A DNA stretch of 64,000 nucleotides from Thermodesulfobacteriota bacterium (GTDB taxonomy: Bacteria > Desulfobacterota > Desulfarculia > JACQYL01), in the NCBI GenBank assembly GCA_963675595.2, contig CAXXLZ010000002.1, positions 2,944,001 to 3,008,000 on the forward strand, in the 5' to 3' direction. Within the stretch, counting starts at the first letter, position 1. Every line of letters starts with the position of its first letter. Position numbers and translations under genes: made by a program. The notes beneath the pieces are model-generated. The model was not told the DNA's origin. It searched no databases and saw only the letters and a list, made by a program, of their open reading frames with translations. Of the stretch, positions 39,069 to 50,015 are shown one piece after another.

Positions 39069-40712
39069 CTATTTTCCCGGGCATTGATTACGCACGGTTT
39101 CATCTATGTTCTTGTTACCGTAGGCCTTATCGAAGCCGGCGCTGAATTCCCCGGCCAACTTCTTCGCTCGGGCCCGGTAGGCTTCCTTATCGCTCCAGGT
39201 GTTTTCCGGATTCAGGATTTCCGACGGGACCCCTGGACACGATTTGGGCACGCTGAAATGGAAAAGGGAATCATCGGTATACTCGACTTGACTCAGGCTG
39301 CCGTCCAGGGCCCCGTTGAGCATGGTGCGGGTCATCATGATGTCCATTCTCTTGCCGACACCGTAGGGTCCGCCGCTCCACCCGGTATTCACCAGATACA
39401 CCTGGGTCTGGTGTTCTTTCATCTTCTTCCCGAGCAAGTCCGAATACATGTTGGGCAGGCAGGGCATGAAGGGCTGCCCGAAGAACCGCGAAAAAGTGCT
39501 CACCGGGTCCACGACGCCGGTTTCCGTGCCGGCCAGCTTGCTCGTGTATCCCATGAGGAACCACAACATGGCTTGTTCGGCGTTGAGCTTGGCAATGGGA
39601 GGGATCACTCCGTTGGCGTCCGCGGTGAGAAAGATAATGGTCTTGGGATGCGGGCCCGTGGAGGACGGTTTGATGTTGGTCAGGGCCGTCAGCAGGTACG
39701 AAGCTCGGCTGTTGGGCGTAAGACGGTCGTCATAGAGATCGAATTTGCCGTTGGGATACATCATGGCGTTCTCCACAATGGCCCCGTGCTCCAGGTAAGG
39801 GGCGTCATGAAAGACCGCCTTGTGGATTTCCGGTTCTTTCTCGGGATCAAGGTCGATGAGCTTGGCATAACAGCCGTTTTCAAAGTTCGCAATCCCGTTT
39901 TCGCTCCAGCCGTGCTCGTCGTCACCGAGGAGAGCCCGACTCGCATCGGCGGAAAGAGTGGTCTTGCCCGTGCCTGAAAGACCAAGGAACAAGGAAAGCT
40001 CGCCTGCTGCGTTTTCGTTGGCGGAGCAGTGAATCGGAAGAATTCCCTCGAAGGGGAGGTAGTAATTCATCACGGTAAACATCAGTTTCTTGACGCTGCC
40101 GCAGTAGGCGGAACCGTAAACCAGGCCCAGACGGTTCTCGAAATCCATTGCGATGACCATGTCGGAGGTCTTGCCGTCCGGCCTCTTCCGAAGTTTTCCC
40201 CCATAGGGACCCACATCGATCTTGTCGTAAGGAAGCACCAGCAGGGTGAACTCCTTGTCCGCGAATACGGATGAGCCGATATCGGAAGGCACCGGTCTGA
40301 ACATGTTCATGGCGAACAAAGTGGTGAGGGCTTTGTCCGAGACCGTTTTCACCGGCAACGCATAAGAACTTTCGGCCCCGATAACACGGTCCGAGACGTA
40401 GATATTCTCTTTTCCACCCAGGACCTTCACCGCATCCGCCCACAGACTTTCGAAGGTTTCCGGTTCCAGGGGCAGGTTGTTGGGGGAATCCCAGTCCACA
40501 TTCTTCTCGATGGAAGGGCGCTTGACGAAAAGGGTATCCAATGGCGCACGTCCGGTGGACTCGGGGGGAGTCCAGGTTGCCAGGCATCCGTTGGCGGAAA
40601 TAAATGCTTCCCCGTTGTCCACGCAATGCTGAATGACGTCGGTTCTTTCTGCGTTTTCAAAGACTTTTCGGTGGGAAGCAACGAGAGTCAAAAGGTTTTG
40701 TTTTAGCTGCAT
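39069..40712 (-). CDS. pckA: Phosphoenolpyruvate carboxykinase (ATP)
   Basis: GLSGTGKTTLS, LGDDEHGW, ENGCYAK, YLVNTGWSGG. Confidence 0.95.
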   Translation of the reverse strand: MQLKQNLLTLVASHRKVFENAERTDVIQHCVDNGEAFISANGCLATWTPPESTGRAPLDTLFVKRPSIEKNVDWDSPNNLPLEPETFESLWADAVKVLGGKENIYVSDRVIGAESSYALPVKTVSDKALTTLFAMNMFRPVPSDIGSSVFADKEFTLLVLPYDKIDVGPYGGKLRKRPDGKTSDMVIAMDFENRLGLVYGSAYCGSVKKLMFTVMNYYLPFEGILPIHCSANENAAGELSLFLGLSGTGKTTLSADASRALLGDDEHGWSENGIANFENGCYAKLIDLDPEKEPEIHKAVFHDAPYLEHGAIVENAMMYPNGKFDLYDDRLTPNSRASYLLTALTNIKPSSTGPHPKTIIFLTADANGVIPPIAKLNAEQAMLWFLMGYTSKLAGTETGVVDPVSTFSRFFGQPFMPCLPNMYSDLLGKKMKEHQTQVYLVNTGWSGGPYGVGKRMDIMMTRTMLNGALDGSLSQVEYTDDSLFHFSVPKSCPGVPSEILNPENTWSDKEAYRARAKKLAGEFSAGFDKAYGNKNIDETVRNQCPGK

Positions 40713-40933
40713 GGTCTCCCTCGGTCTGGTTTGAGTTCTAGTAGGCGATTCGGGCAAGAATCATACGGGATATCCGAACTCCCGTTTGTAAGCTAGTTTG
40801 GTGATTGCCCCATTGGAAGCATCAAATCAAGTTTTTTTCGTTGCTGAAGTCGCGTGGGGCGAAATCGTTCCTCTTGCCCGGACCGGTCGGCGGCGACTTT
40901 TTAGCCTTTTGAATCGGAATCTCCGCCGACGAG

Positions 40934-41656
40934 TTAGACGGATAGGTACGCTTTCCGCACATGTTCACTGTCCAGGAGAGAGGACGGGGCTCCGTGCAGC
41001 GTGATTCTCCCTCGTTCGAGCACATAGGCTCGATGGGCTATGCGCAATGACATCCGAACGTTCTGCTCCACCAATAGTACGGTCAGACCATCCGCGGCAA
41101 TGCCGGCGATGGTTTCAAAGACTCGCTTCACCATCAACGGTTGGAGACCCAGAGAGGGTTCGTCGAGAAGAAGCAACGTCGGTTCCGACATTAACGCCCT
41201 GCCGACAGCCAACATCTGACGCTCACCCCCGCTCAAGGTTCCCGCCTTCTGGCGCAGTCTTTCCGCCAAGCGAGGAAACACGGCGAACACCCTATCGAGA
41301 TTACGATTTCTGTTGGCCCTCGCACGGGAACAATAGGATCCCATCTTGAGATTATCCAAAACGGACATCTCCTGGAACACTCTTGCTCCCTCGGGCACTA
41401 GTGAGATTCCTTGGGCCACCAAATCCTCCGGCGACCTACCTTGTATGGGACGTCCCTTGTAGTTTACCGTTCCCTTGGATGGGCGGATCAGTCCCATGAC
41501 CGTTTTCAGCAGGGAGGTCTTTCCCGCCGCGTTGGGTCCGATAAGGGCCACGATCTCTCCCTCATTGACACTCAAAGAGACCGCCTCCAGCACCCGAACA
41601 TCGCCGTAGGACAGTTCGAGATCCAGAATTTCCAGAAGCATCCGATCATCAGTCAC
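40934..41656 (-). CDS. livF: LIV-type ABC transporter ATP-binding protein
   Basis: GPNAAGKT, LSGGERQMLA, LDEPSLGL. Confidence 0.9.
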   Translation of the reverse strand: MTDDRMLLEILDLELSYGDVRVLEAVSLSVNEGEIVALIGPNAAGKTSLLKTVMGLIRPSKGTVNYKGRPIQGRSPEDLVAQGISLVPEGARVFQEMSVLDNLKMGSYCSRARANRNRNLDRVFAVFPRLAERLRQKAGTLSGGERQMLAVGRALMSEPTLLLLDEPSLGLQPLMVKRVFETIAGIAADGLTVLLVEQNVRMSLRIAHRAYVLERGRITLHGAPSSLLDSEHVRKAYLSV

Positions 41657-42441
41657 GATATGCCTCCCGATGGGGCATCCGGGTCTTTGCCGTCCGTCAA
41701 ATCGGCATCGCCCAAATAAGCCTCAAGAACCTTTGGATGCGCCATGACGTCCTGGGGAACGCCGTCGGTGATTTTCTTTCCCAGATCCAGCACCACAAGT
41801 CTTTGGCAGACCCCGGTTACGGCCTGCATCACATGTTCCACCAGGATGAAGGAAACACCGGATGCATTCAGTGTCCTGAGCAGGTCCAGGGTCTCCGCGA
41901 CTTCGGAAGCCGATAATCCGGCCATGTTTTCGTCGAGGAGCAGCAGTCGGGCTCCGGTGGCGAGTGCGCGGGCGAGTTCCAGTCTCCTCCGGTGGAGCAC
42001 GGAGAGCGATGAGGGCGGAAGGAATGCTGCTGAAGTGAGGTGGACCCTCTCCAGTACGGTCCATGCCCGGTCTCTGCCCTTTTTCAACCCCAGTCCGCCG
42101 CCGTGAGTCGCCGCGACGAGAACGTTTTCCAACACGGTCAGGCTCTTTAGAGGTTCGAGGATTTGCGATGTTTTGGCTATGCCCGCGCGCACAATGCGGA
42201 AAGGAGGGAGGGCCGTGAGGTCCCTGTCACGGTAGAGAACCCGCCCTTTGTCGGGTTTCAGCTCTCCGGTAATGAGGTTGAACAGCGTGGTTTTCCCCGC
42301 TCCATTGGGACCGATAATCCCTAGGATTTCGCCTTTCCAAAGAGCAAAGGAAACGTCGTCCACTGCCCGAAGGGCACCGAAGGTTTTGGTGAGATTCCTG
42401 CATTCGAGCAGTTTGTCCTCATCCCATCCCGGAATTCTCAT
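41653..42441 (-). CDS. livG: LIV-type ABC transporter ATP-binding protein
   Basis: GPNGAGKTT, LELARALA, VEHVM, EAYLG. Confidence 0.9.
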   Translation of the reverse strand: MRIPGWDEDKLLECRNLTKTFGALRAVDDVSFALWKGEILGIIGPNGAGKTTLFNLITGELKPDKGRVLYRDRDLTALPPFRIVRAGIAKTSQILEPLKSLTVLENVLVAATHGGGLGLKKGRDRAWTVLERVHLTSAAFLPPSSLSVLHRRRLELARALATGARLLLLDENMAGLSASEVAETLDLLRTLNASGVSFILVEHVMQAVTGVCQRLVVLDLGKKITDGVPQDVMAHPKVLEAYLGDADLTDGKDPDAPSGGIS

Positions 42442-43412
42442 GGCTTTCGGCCGCCTCTTCGTTTCGGGCCCGCCCCCGTCCTTCTCCTGATGTCACGGTA
42501 GGCTCCCATTAAGCCCTCCGGCAGGAGCATCACCACCAACACCACGATGGCGCCCACGAGAATCAGGTAGTACTCGACGAAGGTTTCGCCTAGAATCTCA
42601 GAAATAATGGTCAGAAAGGAGGCCCCCACCGCAGGTCCGGCGAGGGTACCCATTCCTCCCAGCAGGGTCATGATGACCATTTGGACGGTCTTATGGACGT
42701 GGAATACGTCCGCCGGGGTGATGTAACTGATCCAGTACGCTTCAATTCCTCCGAAAATGCTCAAAAATCCCGCGCTCGTCAAATAGGCTCCCAATTTGAC
42801 TGCGAAGGTGTTCACCCCCAGGGATTGCGCCCCTTTTTCCGAATCCTTCACCGCCTTCAGACCATAGCCGAATCTGGAGCCTTCGATGTAAAGATGGGCC
42901 ACGGTCACCAGTGTCGTGACGGCCATGATCCAGTAGTAGAAGAAGGTATTATCGTGAGCCGTGAGCGGAAGGGTAATGCCGTGGCTGCCCTGGAAAAAGG
43001 ACACGCCGAAGGTTCTGTCGAATTCGAGGATGATTTGTTTCAGTGTTTCCGCAAAAGCGAAGGTCGCAATGGCAAAATAGGCTCCTTTGAGACGCAGTGT
43101 GACAGCGCCCATGGGCAGTGCCACGAGAACGCCCACAAAGGCGGAAAGGGCCAGGGCGGCGGGAAAGGCCCAGCCGTATTGAGACATGGAGATACCCGTT
43201 ATGTAGGCTCCTATGCCGAAATAGACCACGGGTCCGAAATCGATATAACCTGTGTAGCCGCTCATGAGATTCCAGCAGCCCGCCATACCGATCCATAAAA
43301 GGATGGCGGCGGAGAAACGCACCAAATAATCGGAATCGATGATGCATGGGAGAAGCGCGACAACGAGGAAGAATGCAAGCACCGGCCGGAGGACTTTCCG
43401 GGAAATTTCCAT
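42438..43412 (-). CDS. livM: LIV-type ABC transporter permease
   Basis: WNLMSGYTG, LRLKGAYFAIAT, LLGGMGT. Confidence 0.9.
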   Translation of the reverse strand: MEISRKVLRPVLAFFLVVALLPCIIDSDYLVRFSAAILLWIGMAGCWNLMSGYTGYIDFGPVVYFGIGAYITGISMSQYGWAFPAALALSAFVGVLVALPMGAVTLRLKGAYFAIATFAFAETLKQIILEFDRTFGVSFFQGSHGITLPLTAHDNTFFYYWIMAVTTLVTVAHLYIEGSRFGYGLKAVKDSEKGAQSLGVNTFAVKLGAYLTSAGFLSIFGGIEAYWISYITPADVFHVHKTVQMVIMTLLGGMGTLAGPAVGASFLTIISEILGETFVEYYLILVGAIVVLVVMLLPEGLMGAYRDIRRRTGAGPKRRGGRKP

Positions 43413-43428
43413 GGTCGCCTCTCTGGAA

Positions 43429-44301
43429 TCAGGCCGCCAAGCCCCTGCCCAAGACGCCTTTCGGCCTGACAAGGAGCATTACGAATAGAATGAAGAAACT
43501 CATGGCCATGGAAATGCCTGCGGTGGCATAGGTGGTGGCCAGCGATTGTGTGACGCCCAAGATCAGCCCGCCACACAGCACGCCGGGCATATATCCCATC
43601 CCTCCAAGAACCACCACACAGAAAGCGGTTATGGTGTACTCCAAACCCATCTCGGGATAGATGACGGTGATCGGACTGAGAGAGGCGCCCGCTAGACCCG
43701 TGGCGGCCGCGCCGATCCCGAAGGTAAGAGCATAGATGTGGTGTATGGGAACTCCCATGAGACGGGCCGTCTCTTTGTCCATGGCGGTGGCTTTGATGGC
43801 CCTTCCGTTCTCCGTATGATTCAAATAGAACCAGAGCGCGGCCACCACGGCCAGAGCCAATCCAAAGGTCACCAAGCGTGCCGAGGGCAATGTCAGACCC
43901 ATCAGGGAGATGTTGGATCCGGAATAGGCGGTGGTTACGGTGCGGAAATCATGTGTCCAGAGTTTGACCGCGGTGTTGGCCACAATGAGGTGAATTCCAA
44001 AGGTGAGAAGATAGCTCATGATATGGGGACGTCCCATCATTCGGTTGATGAGTAGACGCTGAACGAGGTAACCGAACGCGAAAAGAAGCGTCGCGGAGAG
44101 AGGCAGGCAGAGATAAGGGTCCAATCCGTAAAGTTCGAACATCCAATAGGAAGCAAAAGCGCCCAACATGACCATCTCACCATGGGCGAGGTTTACGACG
44201 CCCATGACGCCGAATACCAAAGAAAACCCTGCGGAATAAGCCGCGTAGAGTCCTCCAAGGAGCACCCCGTTTATTATGGCCTGAAGGAGTACGATGTCCA
44301 T
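43429..44301 (-). CDS. livH: LIV-type ABC transporter permease
   Basis: GFSLVFGVMGVVNLAHG, GRAIKA, VVLGGMG. Confidence 0.9.
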   Translation of the reverse strand: MDIVLLQAIINGVLLGGLYAAYSAGFSLVFGVMGVVNLAHGEMVMLGAFASYWMFELYGLDPYLCLPLSATLLFAFGYLVQRLLINRMMGRPHIMSYLLTFGIHLIVANTAVKLWTHDFRTVTTAYSGSNISLMGLTLPSARLVTFGLALAVVAALWFYLNHTENGRAIKATAMDKETARLMGVPIHHIYALTFGIGAAATGLAGASLSPITVIYPEMGLEYTITAFCVVVLGGMGYMPGVLCGGLILGVTQSLATTYATAGISMAMSFFILFVMLLVRPKGVLGRGLAA

Positions 44302-44422
44302 GGTGCGAGATTCTCCGCGAATGGAGCGAACGGCTCAGGCCCCGGCCGTGAGCGGTTCTTAGGAGCCCGCCCTATTCCGGACTGGGACCCTCCGGAATAG
44401 GGTGTCGGCGGACAAGGAAAGC

Positions 44423-45640
44423 TCAGCGCTCCTTCCAGGGCTTGAAAGGATAGCGCAATGGCGCCTCGGCGTATTCGAGGGGGAACACATTCCGCAGCTT
44501 GCCGTCCTGAATCTGAACCGCGACGGGTGGGTGGTCGACGTTGGCTCCATCCTTGCCGAAATGAACGGGGCCGTAGGCAGTGTCGAATGGGCGCGAGTGC
44601 AGCAGTTCCATCAATTTCCCGCGATCCTCTGAAGTCAAAGGCGGTTTCAGCCCCAGCTCCTGCAAGGCCTTTTGCTGGGCCACGGCCCCTCCGGCGGAGG
44701 CGGCTTCCACGTAGTCCGGAAACCTGTCGAATCGATCGTGGTAGGCCCGATTGAAGTCGGCTGCGCTTCCGAAAACCGATCCTTCATAGGGCATGTTCGG
44801 CGTCCACTCGGATGCGGCGACCACATATTCCGCGTCCCCTTTCAACTCCTGGGCAAACTGGGGCACGGTAGGGCCGTAACTGAAGGCGAGGGCCTTGGGA
44901 CTGAAGTCGATCTCCTTCAAGGACTTTACCGTAGTCATGGCCACCAGGAGATGGGAGCCCACCAACAGGATGTCGGGATTCTTGGCTTTCACTTTGAGAA
45001 ACAGCGAATTGTAGTCCCTGAGCTTCATGGGGAACAGCTCATAGTGGACCACCTCAATGCCGTTCTTCTCGCAATAGGCTTTAAAGCCTTCGCAGGCCAG
45101 CGAGGTGAACAGGATATCGGCCCCCACGATGGCGGCCGTTTTGGGTTTTGGATCCAGGGAGGCCATGAGCTCTACACACCCGCGTACTTCTTCGGTTGCG
45201 CGTCCAAGTGTCGAAAAGTAGTACTTGAACCCCCTTTCGAACAGTTTGTTGGAGCTTGCGGCACCACTGATCAGGGGGTATCCGTGTTTTTCCGCAACGG
45301 CGCTCGCCGCGAACACCAGGCTACTACCGAAACCGCCAAGCAAGAGATCAACGCGGTCGCTGAGTATCAATTTCTCCACCATTTTGGCGCTGACGGCCGG
45401 ATCGCTCTTGTCATCGTAAAAAACGAGCTCGACGGAATGCCCATTGATGCCGCCTTTCCCGTTCACGGTCTCCATCCACAGGACATAGGCATCTCTTACA
45501 AGATGACCATCCTTGCCGAAGGTGCCGGTAAGAGGCAGCGCAACGCCGATCTTGAATGGAGTATCGGCGAATGCGCAGGGAATAAAAGTTAAGAGACAGA
45601 AGATGGCCAGAACGCCCATCAGGATCGATTTCGCTTTCAT
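44423..45640 (-). CDS. LIV-family periplasmic substrate-binding protein
   Basis: Signal peptide; KIGVALPLTG, NGKGGING, YDDKSDP. Confidence 0.9.
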   Translation of the reverse strand: MKAKSILMGVLAIFCLLTFIPCAFADTPFKIGVALPLTGTFGKDGHLVRDAYVLWMETVNGKGGINGHSVELVFYDDKSDPAVSAKMVEKLILSDRVDLLLGGFGSSLVFAASAVAEKHGYPLISGAASSNKLFERGFKYYFSTLGRATEEVRGCVELMASLDPKPKTAAIVGADILFTSLACEGFKAYCEKNGIEVVHYELFPMKLRDYNSLFLKVKAKNPDILLVGSHLLVAMTTVKSLKEIDFSPKALAFSYGPTVPQFAQELKGDAEYVVAASEWTPNMPYEGSVFGSAADFNRAYHDRFDRFPDYVEAASAGGAVAQQKALQELGLKPPLTSEDRGKLMELLHSRPFDTAYGPVHFGKDGANVDHPPVAVQIQDGKLRNVFPLEYAEAPLRYPFKPWKER

Positions 45641-45911
45641 GTCGCGATCTCCTATGGTCTCCGCGTTCCACTGTTTCCAGGGATCGGTGGAGGTGTTGGA
45701 TACCGGCTCGAACTGCTTGTTGTCGGGAGGATTTGAAGAATAGTCAATGCGCTCCACGGGTGTCAACGAGGTTCGCTTTGATCATCAGCCGAGGGAGCGC
45801 TCTTTCGTAATGGTCACTCGGGTGCGTTGAAGGCCGCAAGCGAGAAGGCAAATGGAAGGGCGGGCGACGGGTAGGCGTGTGCGCCTGTTTAACCTTGACG
45901 GGCTGCGGGAT

Positions 45912-46256
45912 TCAGGGACTTGGCCCGTGCGGGCGAGGCCGGCATTCAAATGTCCTTATTGCCGACTCAAAAGCATCGCACAGCCGTAGAAAAATCTCTT
46001 GCATCCCGTCAAGTCTGTTCTCGCGAGCGCACTTCTCGATCTGTTGGGCGGGCAGTCTGATCTCTTCGAAATCTAAATTCGCAGCCGCTCCCTTTAAGGA
46101 ATGGGCGGCTTCGGCCGCAGCCTCGGAATCCCCCCCCGCAATCGCCTTGTCCAGTTGGTTCAGGTCCGTCCGCCCGGCCTGGACGAATAGATCGAACAGC
46201 TCCCGGAATTCATTTTCTTCGAGTCCCAGGCTTTCCGCCCACCGACCTGCATCCAA
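45912..46256 (-). CDS. Stand-alone Hpt phosphotransfer protein
   Basis: AAHSLKGAAANL. Confidence 0.88.
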   Translation of the reverse strand: MDAGRWAESLGLEENEFRELFDLFVQAGRTDLNQLDKAIAGGDSEAAAEAAHSLKGAAANLDFEEIRLPAQQIEKCARENRLDGMQEIFLRLCDAFESAIRTFECRPRPHGPSP

Positions 46257-46291
46257 GGCTCATACTCCGAACGTTCTATGTAGTGGATCCG

Positions 46292-46990
46292 TCACCGGCA
46301 CGGCTCGAGGATCCGTTCACCCAATTCGTAAAGAGCGTTTTCCGCCCAAAGAAACGGCATTTCGCTCATGGTGCATCGAACAAGGTAGGCCTTTTTTTCC
46401 CTGATCTGCACAATGACTCCGGTCATTTTCTCGCGCTCTTTGTAGACGCTCCCGTACCATTGCACACAATCACCCTCGGCAAAGCGCCTGGGAGCCTCTT
46501 CCGGAATGGGCGGCCTTCGAGAAAGCTCCTCCTCCAGCTCCCGTATCTTCTTCTCCCCTTTTTTCACCGCGGTCTGCAATTCCCCGACTCTCGTTTCCAG
46601 AACCTCTTTGGTGGCCGCAATGGTCTGGTATCGCTGGAGGTTTCTTTCCATTTCCTGCACATAAAGAGCTCTTCGGGTAATTTGGTCCTTCAACTCGGCA
46701 TTTTCGGTTTCAAGAGGGATCAATCGGGTCTTCAAGCTCGAAATTTGCGTTTCGAGTTCCTGTATCTTGGCTTTGAGCTGCTCATTCTCTGCTTTGAGGT
46801 CTCTAGCCTCTTTGATGAGCGGAATTTTTTCCAGGAACTCCTGGGCGGTGACGGACACGGGGACTAGGGCGCACACCGCGAGGACAATTATGAACAGGGC
46901 GGCCGCCGGAAGGGATTTTCCCGAATTGCCCGTTGGGGCGGGCGTGTATTGATGTACTAATCGCATCTGGAAAATCCACAGGAACGGCAA
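46292..46990 (-). CDS. Hypothetical exported coiled-coil protein (start uncertain)
   Basis: Hydrophobic ALFIIVLAVCALVPVSVTA followed by long heptad region. Confidence 0.65.
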   Translation of the reverse strand: MPFLWIFQMRLVHQYTPAPTGNSGKSLPAAALFIIVLAVCALVPVSVTAQEFLEKIPLIKEARDLKAENEQLKAKIQELETQISSLKTRLIPLETENAELKDQITRRALYVQEMERNLQRYQTIAATKEVLETRVGELQTAVKKGEKKIRELEEELSRRPPIPEEAPRRFAEGDCVQWYGSVYKEREKMTGVIVQIREKKAYLVRCTMSEMPFLWAENALYELGERILEPCR

Positions 46991-49160
46991 ACCAGGCAGC
47001 CGCCTTCATGCTCGACGACGCCCCCGCAGTCGGGACAGGCACCCATGGTTTGTTCTTTGGTCACAATGGGTTCGCCGATGGCTTCATTGATCACCTGGGC
47101 GACGGCATCGGAGCACGACAAGACCATGCGGCCGTTGTGCCATGCGGGGCTGGGACATCGAATGCCTCGCAACTGGCGGACCACTGAACGCACGTCCACC
47201 CCCGAGCGCAGGGCGAGGCTGATGAGCCGACCGGCCATCTCGATCTGGGACGCGGCGCACCCTCCGGTCTTTCCCATCTGGGCGAAGACTTCGCAGAACC
47301 CCCCCTCGTCCGAGTTGATGGTGACATAGAGTTTCCCACAACCGGTACCGATCCTTTCGGTGAATCCCGTTGTCCTGGCGGGCCGAGGCCTGGGAGCGAT
47401 GACCGGGTGCATGTCGCCCGCGGCACTCTTGGATGCGGGAGGCTGCTCTGATTTTGCGGAAAGGTTCAACACCTGTTCGGTACGACTCCCGTAACGATAA
47501 ATGGTGATCCCCTTGCAGCCGGAATGGAACGCATGGAGATAGGCGGCTTTGACGTCCTCCACCGTAGCTTCGCCATGAAAATTAATCGTCTTGGATACGG
47601 CGTTATCGGTATGCTCCTGAAAAGCACCCTGAATCTTGACGTGTGTATCGTAGGGCACATCATGCGCCGTGAGAAAGATTCCTTTCACCTCATCAGGAAT
47701 TCCATCGATCTGTTGAATTCCTCCGTGGAGCGTCACGAGCTCCATGAGGGAATCGGAAAAAAAATCCTGCTTTTTCGCCGCCTCAAGAAATTGTGGGTGC
47801 ACCTCTCTGAGTTCATTTCCATCGAGCACTTTCCTGCTGAACGAGACGGCGAACAGCGGTTCGATACCACTTGAGGTGCCGGCGATGATGCTGAGGGTGC
47901 CTGTGGGAGCAATGGTGGTGGTGGTGGCGTTTCGCATGTGGGGAGTACGATCGGAGTCGTATACGGATCCCGCGTAGGCCGGAAAATTTCCCCTCTTTTT
48001 CGCAAGTTCCGCGGAAGCGGATTTGGACTCCGCCTGAATAAAGCGCATCAGAGTCCTTCCGGTATCCACGGCTGTGTCGGAATCATACGGATACCCAGCT
48101 TGATCAGGAGATCGGCGAATCCCATGACACCCAGACCGATCTTTCGATTTCGGAGTGTCAGGTCCCGGATTTGCGGCAGAGGATACTTGTTGATGTCGAT
48201 CACATTGTCGAGAAAGTGTACCGCCTTGTGGACGCATGCCTTGAGCTTTGGATAGTCGATTTCGGCGGCTTGGTCGGTACCGCTCACCATTACCGAAAGA
48301 TTGATGGAGCCCAGATTGCAGCTCTCGTAAGGCAGAAGAGGCTGTTCACCGCAGGGATTGGTGGACTCGAAAGATCCCTGGTTGGGCGTCGGGTTCGAGC
48401 GGTTCATGGCGTCGAGAAAAATCAAACCCGGATCGCCGTTGTTCCAGGCGGAGCTCACGATTCGATCAAACAACTTACCTGCGGATAGGGTGCGTGTGAC
48501 CTCTCCGGTCCTCGGGTTGATGAGAGGGAAGTCTTCATTGGCTTCAGCCGCAGCCATGAAGTGATCGGTGGCGGCAACGGACAGGTTGAAGTTGGTGAGC
48601 TTCTTGCCGTTTTGCTTGCAGGTGATGAATTCTTCAATGTCCGGGTGATCCACCCTGAGTATGCCCATGTTGGCGCCTCGCCGCGTTCCTCCCTGCTTAA
48701 TGGCCTCGGTGGCGGCGTCGAACACGTTCATGAAGGAAATAGGACCGCTGGAAACCCCGTGTGTCGAGCGCACGACGTCGTTCCGCGGCCTCAATCGTGA
48801 GAAGGAAAATCCTGTTCCTCCGCCGGTTTTGTGAATGATCGCGGTGTACTTGATGGCGTCGAAGATGCTCTCCATGGAATCTTCCACCGGAAGCACGAAG
48901 CAGGCGGAAAGTTGCCCGAGTTCCCGACCGGCGTTCATCAACGTGGGGGAGTTGGGTAGAAACTCCAACCGCATCATCATTTCCTGGAATGCGGCGGCTA
49001 CGGCCTCGACGGGTTTGCCGGGCTCATACAGGCGATCGGCTTGAGCTACGGCCTCGGCCACCCGCTGGAACATGATCTCCGGCGTTTCGAGCGGTTTACC
49101 GGCGTCGTCCTTCCGTAGATAGCGCTTTTCAAGAACCGTCCTGGCATTGTCCGTAAGCAT
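46957..49160 (-). CDS. nrdJ: Class II (B12-dependent) ribonucleotide reductase with C-terminal TSCPD/Zn domain; 1-nt frameshift near 48090
   Basis: [45 protein letters not shown], terminal CPDC/CRSC; LGI-PYDS split between two ORFs. Confidence 0.9.
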
Positions 49161-49170
49161 AAGTTTGCAC

Positions 49171-49683
49171 TCACACATCAGGTGCACTCTGCGCGACCGC
49201 CTCGCGCTCCAATGAAAGTAAACGGGCCTTCACGTCCAGCCCTGAGCCGAAACCGACCAGTCGCCCATCCTTGCCGATGATGCGGTGACAGGGGACCACG
49301 ATGGGAACAGGGTTCACGTGAAGGGCTCCCCCAATGGCGCGGGCCGCCCGCGGTCGTCCCAACTCCGCCGCGAGATCGGCGTAGGAACAGGTCCGACCGT
49401 AAGGGATATTGCGTGCAGCCTCCCACACCGCTAATTGAAACGCTGTGCCGGTGATGTCCAGTGGGAGGTCGAACTCGCGCAGTTCGCCTTGGGCGTAGCC
49501 GAAGATTTGCTCCTGCGCACGCTCCAGCAAACGGAGCACCTGCGGAGACGCCTCGGTTTCTTCATCACAAGGCTGTGCGTCGATTTGCCTTGCACCGAGC
49601 AGAACCTTTGCGATTCCCCTGTCCGTGGCGATGATCTTGATCCGAGCAAGGGGCGATTCAAACGAAATCGAGTGCAGAGACAC
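49171..49683 (-). CDS. ogt: Methylated-DNA-protein-cysteine methyltransferase
   Basis: GTAFQ..VW...IPYG, ARAIG, VPCHRII. Confidence 0.92.
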   Translation of the reverse strand: MSLHSISFESPLARIKIIATDRGIAKVLLGARQIDAQPCDEETEASPQVLRLLERAQEQIFGYAQGELREFDLPLDITGTAFQLAVWEAARNIPYGRTCSYADLAAELGRPRAARAIGGALHVNPVPIVVPCHRIIGKDGRLVGFGSGLDVKARLLSLEREAVAQSAPDV

Positions 49684-49829
49684 TTGCAGTTCCTTTCGCC
49701 GGCGTGGTCCGGTCAATATGGGTTCCCGAAGGTCCTGGAACGTTGCACACACCCGGGAAGTTTGAATGTTAGTTTGTTCGGACGGTCCTTTCAAGTACCG
49801 AGCAACGGAAGCTGAAATAGACCGAGTGC

Positions 49830-50015
49830 TCACACTTCCAGGTCATTTTCGAGTTCCGTGATGGCCTGTTGGATTTCCCGGCGCTCCTCCGGGTTCAGAT
49901 CGGTTCCCGCCAGTCTCTTCCTTAACTGCATGAGGCGCATGGCTTTCCCATATTCCGCACATCCGCCTCTTCGTCGTCTTTCGACGTCCCCGGGTGGGGT
50001 TCTCGTTGATTTCAC
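49830..50015 (-). CDS. Small hypothetical protein, coupled to ttcA stop
   Basis: GTGA overlap with ttcA stop; helical RRRRGGCAEYGKAMRLMQLRKRL...LENDLEV. Confidence 0.5.
   Translation of the reverse strand: MKSTRTPPGDVERRRRGGCAEYGKAMRLMQLRKRLAGTDLNPEERREIQQAITELENDLEV

Noticed and set aside
44360-44405. Hairpin ccctattccgga...tccggaataggg
   Set aside because: Ordinary stem-loop after an ABC binding-protein gene
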